Below the pieces are notes generated by a model, which was given only the letters and a program-made list of their open reading frames with translations, was not told the DNA's origin and made no database searches. Below are positions 7,654 through 14,744 of a stretch of 25,256 bases of DNA, piece by piece. Origin of the DNA: a virus (lineage: Duplodnaviria; Caudoviricetes); the IMG/VR virus record IMGVR_UViG_3300020442_000208, positions 1 through 25,256 of that record; one strand, written 5' to 3'. Both the position numbers and the translations under genes were made by a program. Positions within the stretch are counted from its first letter, which is position 1. Each line of letters opens with the position of its first letter.

Positions 7654-8253
7654 ATGCAGATAAGTGAGAAAACTTTATATAATGAATATCTGTCTAGACA
7701 TCGTAGGAAACAAAACCGTGGTGCTAACGGAACACGAGATTCAGAGAGAAGTAAAACCTACTCCGCTGAATTCAAAATGTTATCGATGATCGATAATCCG
7801 ACATTCAAGGATATCCCAGAAGCACAACGTTGCGCTAAGAAGATTTACAAGTCTAAGACTTGGCAAAAACTTTGGCGTGAGTCAACCAACAGCGATGTCA
7901 CTCGTCTGTTTTTCTCTACTCCTGAAGTAGTAGCAAAGTTCAAGAACAGTGGTCGGGGAACTGCTGGGTTTACTGACGGACAAAAGGTTACCCTAGATAC
8001 TAGGGTAGGTTTGAACAAGTACACCCTCTTGCACGAACTGACTCACTGCCTTGGGCATATGCACCACGGTAGATCATTTAGGTATACTCTACTTAAAATG
8101 GTGGGCGCTTTTATGGGCGCCAAAGAAAAGAAGATTTTAGCGAGTGAATTTAAAAAGAGAAAACTCGCATATGGTAAGGCAAAGAAACCACTAGAGTTTG
8201 AACAGTGGAAAGAAATGCGTAACCGATTGGAGAAAATTCGTAATGTCACCTAA
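7654..8253 (+). CDS. HExxH metallohydrolase-like protein (Rv0185/TIGR04338-like)
   Basis: SERSKTYSAE, TLLHELTH, HHGRSF. SD AGGAG. Confidence 0.78.
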   Translation: MQISEKTLYNEYLSRHRRKQNRGANGTRDSERSKTYSAEFKMLSMIDNPTFKDIPEAQRCAKKIYKSKTWQKLWRESTNSDVTRLFFSTPEVVAKFKNSGRGTAGFTDGQKVTLDTRVGLNKYTLLHELTHCLGHMHHGRSFRYTLLKMVGAFMGAKEKKILASEFKKRKLAYGKAKKPLEFEQWKEMRNRLEKIRNVT

Positions 8254-8548
8254 AGCAAAATTCACACCCGATGAGATAAAAAATTCTAAGAGAATTCAGA
8301 AGTCTGCAACACCAAAGTATACTTTAGATTGGTATGTCAAGTGGGTTGCGTCTGTCTTTGTTCTTGCGGGTATGTCGATGCGAGGCATCGATGGTCTACA
8401 ACTCTATGATCTATCAGTATCACTGGTTGGTATTGCATTGTGGTTATGGGTTAGTGTATTATGGAAAGATCGTGCATTGATTCTATTGAATAGTGCGGGT
8501 CTTTTGTTTTTGATTAGAAATTTAATAACGAGTATGATGAATGTTTGA
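8243..8548 (+). CDS. Small multi-pass membrane protein (DUF6552-like, tentative)
   Basis: ATG 8243. About 3 TM segments. DWYVKWVAS and WKDRALILLN motifs. Confidence 0.7.
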   Translation: MSPKAKFTPDEIKNSKRIQKSATPKYTLDWYVKWVASVFVLAGMSMRGIDGLQLYDLSVSLVGIALWLWVSVLWKDRALILLNSAGLLFLIRNLITSMMNV

Positions 8549-9215
8549 ACATATAGAAACTAAACTAAAAGATATGGTAACGGAAGATTCCGAAACAGGA
8601 AGAGTCTATAAGACCCCTGAAGGAATTGATCTTCCGTCTATTACAACTGTACTATCAATATTATCCAGAGCAGGTATTGCTGCTTGGAGAAAACGTGTTG
8701 GTGAAGAAGAAGCAAATCGTATTTCAACGCAAGCATCTCGTAGAGGTACTGCGGTTCACGAAATCATTGAGAAGTATATTGACAATGTAGAGGATTTCAA
8801 AGATGGTTATACTCCTGATGTTATACAGTCTTTTCTTGATCTTAAGCCTATACTTGATTCAAGAATTGGTAAAGTCTTTGCCCAAGAAGCACCCCTGTAC
8901 TCCACTTACCTTGGTGTCGCTGGTCGTGTTGATTGTGTATGTGAGTTTGACGGTAAACCCGCTATCGTAGATTTCAAGACTTCACGTAAGAAGAAGTATC
9001 CTTCAATGATCAAGAACTACTTTATGCAAGAAGCAGGATATGCTGTGATGTGGGAAGAACGAACTGGACAACCCATAACACAACTCGTTACAATCATTGC
9101 AGTGGACAATGAAGACCCTCAAATCTTTGTTGAACACCGTGATAACTGGGTTAATCAACTCAAAGATGTAATAAATCAGTACAACGAGGAAAATTCTAGC
9201 GTCACATTATTATAA
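8541..9215 (+). CDS. PD-(D/E)xK exonuclease (Cas4/lambda-exo-like) of T4-like phages
   Basis: LPSITTVL, RGTAVH, QEAPL, AGRVDC, IVDFKTS, YFMQEAGYA. Confidence 0.9.
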   Translation: MFEHIETKLKDMVTEDSETGRVYKTPEGIDLPSITTVLSILSRAGIAAWRKRVGEEEANRISTQASRRGTAVHEIIEKYIDNVEDFKDGYTPDVIQSFLDLKPILDSRIGKVFAQEAPLYSTYLGVAGRVDCVCEFDGKPAIVDFKTSRKKKYPSMIKNYFMQEAGYAVMWEERTGQPITQLVTIIAVDNEDPQIFVEHRDNWVNQLKDVINQYNEENSSVTLL

Positions 9216-9218
9216 ATA
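9211..9218 (+). promoter_or_regulatory. T4-type late promoter
   Basis: Exact TATAAATA about 35 nt upstream of the next gene. Confidence 0.85.
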
Positions 9219-9252
9219 GAAGAGTGATAAACTATAATTCAGAGGACGTTTG

Positions 9253-10335
9253 ATGAAAAGATTCGCTCAATTCTATTTGGAAGAAAAACGGGTTGATACA
9301 ACCGCAACAGCAGCTTATACTGAGTTGTACCCCGCACTTATGTTCAATAGTGGTTACCGTCCAACCTCTGTGGAAGATGTTAAGAAATTCGTATATCGTG
9401 CGAATCTCAAAGATGCTAAAAACAAAAAAACGTTCATCAATCTAAACGGTACTGACCCTGAGTCTGCTCAAAAGTATATTGACAAGATGTCGGGATTTGC
9501 TGACAGACTAATCACAACTAAATTAGAGAACGCAATTGGTATCACCAATTATCTCTATGACCTTCACGCCTCTAACCCTATCAAAGACGTTAAGTGGGGA
9601 TTCCGTGATAAACCACGTGGTGTTCCATCTGGTCACGCAGGCGATATTTTTGTTAACTTCAAGAACGGTGATATGATTGGTATCAGTCTCAAGGCGGGTA
9701 CTTCTAAATCAAAAGAACCTCTACTCAATAGTTATGTCAATACCCAATACAAGAAGATCGGTAAGGAAGACAAACTGTCTGGTCTAGAAGATGCATTGTG
9801 GGATGGTGTGTATTCCAAACTGCCTGGTTTACCAGACGATGTGAAAAAAGATAACTATATGAGTAAGAAGGCAGCTGTTAGACAAGCATACCTAGATTAC
9901 TATCTTGAGAATGAGTCAGATGCAGATATGCTCTATGCAGCTATGGCAAGAATCTCACGTGAACAATTTGTTGAACAATTAAATACTCTTTCCCTAGATG
10001 ACTTTAAGTCTTGGGTCGAGTCAAACTTTAACTTACAAAAACCACAGAACCCACCACTAGTATTAGTCAAGGCAGTCAAAAAAACTGCGGAACAAAAGGG
10101 GGATGCATTACAGGATATTCTACCACTGGTAACAGATTTTAAGGCAAAGTTAAACACTAAGTCTGTTCAAGAATGGTTCATCGACATCGAAGCGCCAGAA
10201 GGTACTAAGAGACTATCGATGACTATTCGATCAGATGCAGGCGTTCGTGCGGGTAAGAAACTTGCGGGACTAGGTAAACTAGGTAAGTTCACTGCACTGA
10301 AATTACAATATAACGGTATATCGGATTTAAACTAA
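9253..10335 (+). CDS. Restriction-endonuclease-like (PD-(D/E)xK variant) protein with capsid-targeting-like N-terminus
   Basis: N-terminus MKRFAQFYLEE; motif HAGDIFV-x-MIGISLK. SD GAGG. Confidence 0.6.
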   Translation: MKRFAQFYLEEKRVDTTATAAYTELYPALMFNSGYRPTSVEDVKKFVYRANLKDAKNKKTFINLNGTDPESAQKYIDKMSGFADRLITTKLENAIGITNYLYDLHASNPIKDVKWGFRDKPRGVPSGHAGDIFVNFKNGDMIGISLKAGTSKSKEPLLNSYVNTQYKKIGKEDKLSGLEDALWDGVYSKLPGLPDDVKKDNYMSKKAAVRQAYLDYYLENESDADMLYAAMARISREQFVEQLNTLSLDDFKSWVESNFNLQKPQNPPLVLVKAVKKTAEQKGDALQDILPLVTDFKAKLNTKSVQEWFIDIEAPEGTKRLSMTIRSDAGVRAGKKLAGLGKLGKFTALKLQYNGISDLN

Positions 10336-10338
10336 TAG

Positions 10339-10920
10339 ATGAGATTAGATCAAAGTTTATATGATCACGATTTTGTGAATCCATTACCGATAATCCATAA
10401 TGGTTATCTGGTAATGACTCCACCGAAGAACGCATCTTCGTTCTTCAATAGAATGTGGGGATTTGGTGTACAACCACCTAGAGAGGGTGAGGTACATACA
10501 AAGATTGCGATTAAACGTGACCCAATCCAGAGATGGTTGAGTGCGTTGAATCAACAGAGACAAAGATTACAATGGGGTGTTTGGAAACATAAACAAACAC
10601 TAGAAGAGAATATCTCGTTTTGGGAACAAGACCCTAACGAAATAATAGATATCCATCTACCGAAGAATAGTCCGATTAGAGAGATATCTGAATTTTGTGG
10701 ACAGTATGAATGGGCGGGGAGTATGACAGAGTATGACATTTGTGTATATCCCAGACACATAGACAAGTGGATATTACCTATGTTAAATGTCATACCAAAA
10801 GATGCGCCTAGAAATGAGTATACAGGTAAGGAAAAAAGAACCGAAAAAGACTTGACAAGTGAATCAAAAGAGAAGATAATGTACCTATATGAAAACGATT
10901 ACAAAAACGGTTGGTGTTAA
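10339..10920 (+). CDS. Sulfotransferase-like protein
   Basis: 5'-PSB-like PPKNASSF, 3'-PB-like KRDPIQRWLSA, C-terminal IMYLYENDY. Confidence 0.7.
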   Translation: MRLDQSLYDHDFVNPLPIIHNGYLVMTPPKNASSFFNRMWGFGVQPPREGEVHTKIAIKRDPIQRWLSALNQQRQRLQWGVWKHKQTLEENISFWEQDPNEIIDIHLPKNSPIREISEFCGQYEWAGSMTEYDICVYPRHIDKWILPMLNVIPKDAPRNEYTGKEKRTEKDLTSESKEKIMYLYENDYKNGWC

Positions 10921-10921
10921 A

Positions 10922-12139
10922 ATGAACTTTCAAGAGTTTATAACAGAACAGAAGAATACACATATGACCCACATTGAGGACAAGGTTCTCTATGGTGGTG
11001 TCGATGGTACACGTCAGGCAATAAATGCCTTACGTGATCTACGGGATATGTTAGGTGGTAAAGGTCAATCTAGACTATCTACTAAGTGGGATGGTGCTCC
11101 CGCTATTTTCTGTGGAGAAGACCCACGTGACGGAGAATTCTTCGTTGCGAAGAAAGGTATCTTTAATCAGAACCCACAGGTCTTCAAATCTGATGCAGAG
11201 ATCGATGCAGAATTATCTGGTGATCTCGCAGATAAGATGAAAGCAGCACTTAAGTACCTTCCTGATCTTGGCATTAAAGGTGTCATTCAGGGAGACTTCT
11301 TATACGGTGAAGGTGATGTAGTTGAGAAAACAATCGATAAAGTCAAGTATGTAACCTTCCACCCTAATACTATTGTGTATGCAATACCTAAAGAGCAGGC
11401 AGATGATGTTGTCAACTCAAAAATAGGTATAGTGTGGCACACTACATATAAGGGTAAGGATTTTGAATCTATGAAAGCACAGTATGGTGTGGACGTATCA
11501 AAATTCAAAACATCTAAAAATGTATGGTCGCAAGATGCAATGTTACGTAATGTATCTGGTGCGACAATGAATGAAAAGGAGACTAATGATGTTAACAAAT
11601 ATTTATCGCAAGCTGGTAAACTTTTTCGCAAAACGGCAGGAAGCACTCTCAGAGAACTCGAAGCAAATCAGGAACTCGCAGGGCTCATCGAAACCTACGG
11701 CAACACGTTCGTCCGTAAAGGGGAAGTCATCCCGAACTCGAAAAAGCACGTCCAAGGCCTCATCAAGTGGATCGAAGACAAATACCAAAAGGAAATCGCC
11801 AAGCGCAAGTCCCAAAAAGGTCAGCAAACCCAAAAAGACAAGCTCAACGAAATCCTCAAGTTCTTCTCGCAAAAGAACAAAAAAAGTTTAGAAAATATGT
11901 TTGAATTGCAGAGAAATATTGTCTTTGCGAAACTAAAACTTATAAATAAACTTAACAGCATCTCTAGTATCGATGCCTTTGTGCAAACAAAAGATGGTTA
12001 CAAAGTAACTGGTGCCGAAGGTTTCGTTGCTATAGATGACTTGGGTGGTGATGCGGTCAAGTTGGTTGACCGCTTAGAATTTTCGTACAACAACTTCAGT
12101 CCTGATGTACTGAAGGGATGGGATAAACCAACGAGGTAA
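10922..12139 (+). CDS. ATP-dependent ligase-like nucleotidyltransferase (DUF6267-like), conserved T4-like phage protein
   Basis: Motif I STKWDGAP, III VIQGD, IV AEGFV, V VKLVDR. N-terminus MNFQEFITEQKNTHMTHIED. ATG 10922 preferred over 10889. Confidence 0.8.
   Translation: MNFQEFITEQKNTHMTHIEDKVLYGGVDGTRQAINALRDLRDMLGGKGQSRLSTKWDGAPAIFCGEDPRDGEFFVAKKGIFNQNPQVFKSDAEIDAELSGDLADKMKAALKYLPDLGIKGVIQGDFLYGEGDVVEKTIDKVKYVTFHPNTIVYAIPKEQADDVVNSKIGIVWHTTYKGKDFESMKAQYGVDVSKFKTSKNVWSQDAMLRNVSGATMNEKETNDVNKYLSQAGKLFRKTAGSTLRELEANQELAGLIETYGNTFVRKGEVIPNSKKHVQGLIKWIEDKYQKEIAKRKSQKGQQTQKDKLNEILKFFSQKNKKSLENMFELQRNIVFAKLKLINKLNSISSIDAFVQTKDGYKVTGAEGFVAIDDLGGDAVKLVDRLEFSYNNFSPDVLKGWDKPTR
11589..11891 (+). 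CDS. Overprinted (+1 frame) Ser/Lys/Arg-rich basic protein, 100 aa
   Basis: SD AAGGAG at 11576-11581, 7 nt before ATG 11589. Across the overlap, 19 consecutive L/I/V/F codons of the host gene are all NTC. Confidence 0.7.
   Translation: MLTNIYRKLVNFFAKRQEALSENSKQIRNSQGSSKPTATRSSVKGKSSRTRKSTSKASSSGSKTNTKRKSPSASPKKVSKPKKTSSTKSSSSSRKRTKKV
11941..11948 (+). promoter_or_regulatory. Putative internal late promoter
   Basis: Exact TATAAATA within the CDS, about 200 nt upstream of the next gene. Could be chance in AT-rich DNA. Confidence 0.4.
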
Positions 12140-12142
12140 AAA

Positions 12143-12580
12143 ATGCCAAAACCAATGGGCTTTAAAGACTTTATCGCAGTAGATTACACCGAAACAGGTG
12201 ATGATCAACTCGCTTACAATGCTAAGAAACGTAAAACGCAAGACGAAGCGTTGACACGTCAGCAACGTATGGCAGCATCCCGCCGTATGAAAAAACTCGC
12301 TCGCAAAATTCAAATAGGTAAAAAGAAAGCTGCTAAGAAAGTAGCATCTATGGACAAGTTAAAGGTACGTGCAAATAAACAGGCACGTGAATTACTTCTT
12401 AAGAAAATGACTAAGGGTAAAGGAAAGGATCAACTTTCACTTGCACGTAGACAGGAATTAGAAAAGAAACTCGACAAAAAGAAAGCAGTCATTGCTAAAA
12501 TCGCAAAGAAACTGTTACCTAAAGTGAGAAAGAAAGAGTTAGAAAAGAAACGGGGTGGTGCAACAGGTGAGTCATCTTAG
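12143..12580 (+). CDS. Very basic helical protein (putative nucleic-acid-binding internal virion protein)
   Basis: MGFKDFI N-terminal motif; K/R-dominated sequence after DEALT. SD GAGGT. Confidence 0.8.
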   Translation: MPKPMGFKDFIAVDYTETGDDQLAYNAKKRKTQDEALTRQQRMAASRRMKKLARKIQIGKKKAAKKVASMDKLKVRANKQARELLLKKMTKGKGKDQLSLARRQELEKKLDKKKAVIAKIAKKLLPKVRKKELEKKRGGATGESS

Positions 12581-13760
12581 ATTTAAAGATTATTTAATAG
12601 AAGAAACGAAGGAAGTTTATTTTACTTTTGGTAGAATGAACCCGCCTACTATCGGTCACGGTAAAGTGATGGATGTTCTTAAGACAAAAGCAAGTGGTGC
12701 TGACTACAGAGTATACGTATCTCAGTCACAAGATGCTAAGAAAAATCCACTATCCTATTCAGACAAAATTAAACATCTACGCAAGATGTTCCCTCAACAC
12801 GCACGTCAAATTATGGTTGACAAAAAAGTGCGTACTGCAATCGAAGCACTAGTAGCACTATATGATGCGGGTTACCAAAAAGTTAATATGGTGGTTGGTG
12901 CGGATCGAATCCGTGAGTTTGATATACTTGCAAAGAAATACAACGGTGTAAAAGCAAGACACGGACTATACAATTTCAAATCTATCAATATCATATCTGC
13001 GGGTGAAAGAGACCCTGATGCAGAAGGTGTTGAAGGAATGTCAGCATCTAAGATGCGTGGATTTGCAACAGACAACGATTTCCAATCCTTTGCACAAGGA
13101 TTACCCGCAAAAGTAAATAACAAGGATGCGAAAAAACTTTTCAACGATGTTAGAAGAGGTATGGGTCTCAAGGAAGAGACCTCTTTCGCTAGACACATTG
13201 AGTTACCTGTTGTTTCCGAAACAAGAGAACAATTTGTAAAAGGTGATCTGTTCGAACTTGGTGACACTGTTGTTATCAAAGAAAGCGAAGAGGTTGGTGT
13301 TATTACTGTACTAGGTGCTAACTATGTTATCGTAGAAATGTCAGACGGTAAGAAAATGCGTAAGTGGTTAGATGCAGTAGAGGTTATAGAGAAGAAACTA
13401 ACACCCGCTGAACTCAAGAAGAGAGAAGAGATCGCAAAAGCAATAGAAAAAGATAATCCCGATATGCCAATGGATAAGAAAATGGCAATCGCAACTGCAA
13501 CCGCAAAAAGAGTTGCAGAAGAAGGTAAGGGTAAGAAACAAGACCCCGATATTAAAGATAGAGAAGGGACACAACCCGCACGATATCATAAAGGTCTTGC
13601 AAAGTCTACTAAGAGTAAACGTGATGCCCACTTTAAGAAACACGGTAAGAAAGCAGATGATGATCAATCTGCATATAAACCAGCGCCTGGCGATAAGGGA
13701 TCGAAAACAAAACCTTCGAAATATACGAAGTCATTTAAACAAATGTTTGGAGATGATTAA
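12567..13760 (+). CDS. Phage cytidyltransferase-like (HIGH superfamily) protein with C-terminal appended modules
   Basis: FTFGRMNPPTIGH, KNPL, VVGADR, SAGERDPD, MSASKMR. Then an SH3-like segment and basic modules. Start GTG 12567 (or 12555). Confidence 0.88.
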   Translation: MSHLRFKDYLIEETKEVYFTFGRMNPPTIGHGKVMDVLKTKASGADYRVYVSQSQDAKKNPLSYSDKIKHLRKMFPQHARQIMVDKKVRTAIEALVALYDAGYQKVNMVVGADRIREFDILAKKYNGVKARHGLYNFKSINIISAGERDPDAEGVEGMSASKMRGFATDNDFQSFAQGLPAKVNNKDAKKLFNDVRRGMGLKEETSFARHIELPVVSETREQFVKGDLFELGDTVVIKESEEVGVITVLGANYVIVEMSDGKKMRKWLDAVEVIEKKLTPAELKKREEIAKAIEKDNPDMPMDKKMAIATATAKRVAEEGKGKKQDPDIKDREGTQPARYHKGLAKSTKSKRDAHFKKHGKKADDDQSAYKPAPGDKGSKTKPSKYTKSFKQMFGDD

Positions 13761-14518
13761 TGTTGAGTGAATTTCCACGAGGAGAACACCATAGCGATAT
13801 CAGTGAGATAGATTGGATCACCTTAGATAATGATATGGGTGATGGAGAGTGGAAAGTACGTGCGTGGCATTATGGACGTAACAATGGTGCATCACCGTTT
13901 GGTGGTTGGGATCGAGACTTTGATATGGTCTATAATGTGGACAACATTACTAGAAGTTGGGAAGCAGATGTCAATGATAATGATAGTCCCTATTCGGACA
14001 ATAATGTATTAGGCGGAATGACCTATGAAGACTTTATTACATTCGCTGGTCAAGGTATTAGTCCGACTATACGAAGAGAAGGAAACAAATCAAAATATTA
14101 TGAGACTGGAGATTTTTGGTGGGTACAATTAAATTGGCAAGATGAACCTATGTTGTACACGTGTGTAGCTCCAACACCTAGTGAATGGGTAAGAGCAAAT
14201 GCACCTACAGAAGATTTAAGTTGGGGAGTATTCGGTGTACATTTCTCATCTGCGGGAAGAGGTAAAACATCCCCACGTGCATCTCAAAATTATATTTACA
14301 GTGAAATATTTTTAGAGCAATTCACAAAAATATTTAAAGACGTTCTTGGTTGGAGAGGAGACTTAGCAATCGGCCCTACCAATGCTCGAGCAGTACAATT
14401 TAGAATAAAAGCTGTCGCAACAGAAGCTTGGTCAAAGAGGTATGCAGATATACATCAAGAGCAGGTAGAAAATTTGGCAGGAGAAGAGGTTACAAGACAA
14501 TGGTGTGTATATCGTTAA
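13760..14518 (+). CDS. Hypothetical Trp/Asp-rich protein (weak GNAT-like C-terminus)
   Basis: 252-aa ORF with TAATG coupling and SD GGAG. IGPTNARAVQF resembles GNAT motif B. Confidence 0.65.
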   Translation: MLSEFPRGEHHSDISEIDWITLDNDMGDGEWKVRAWHYGRNNGASPFGGWDRDFDMVYNVDNITRSWEADVNDNDSPYSDNNVLGGMTYEDFITFAGQGISPTIRREGNKSKYYETGDFWWVQLNWQDEPMLYTCVAPTPSEWVRANAPTEDLSWGVFGVHFSSAGRGKTSPRASQNYIYSEIFLEQFTKIFKDVLGWRGDLAIGPTNARAVQFRIKAVATEAWSKRYADIHQEQVENLAGEEVTRQWCVYR

Positions 14519-14742
14519 AACAATATTTAGAAGAAGACGTATCTAAGGCATTAAAAGATAAGTCTGATAAATCAGGAGTTTCAGTTGGAACACTGCGTAA
14601 AGTTTATAATCGTGGTGTTGCCGCTTGGAAGACGGGACATAGGCCTGGCACTACTCCTCAGCAATGGGGATTGGCAAGGGTCAATGCATTTATAGTTAAA
14701 AAGAAAAAAGGTGGACTTAACCACGATAAGGACTTGGCGTAA
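14500..14742 (+). CDS. Small basic protein, DUF5824-like C-terminal half
   Basis: ATG 14500 with SD GAGGT. LKQYLEE, then LRKVYNRGVAAWKTGHRPGTTPQQWGLARVN. Confidence 0.75.
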   Translation: MVCISLKQYLEEDVSKALKDKSDKSGVSVGTLRKVYNRGVAAWKTGHRPGTTPQQWGLARVNAFIVKKKKGGLNHDKDLA

Positions 14743-14744
14743 AA

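Noticed and set aside
11603-11872. 89-aa minus-strand ORF in the overprinted region
   Set aside because: Likely a by-product of TTA/CTA avoidance imposed by the +1 overprinted gene; no SD or promoter seen.
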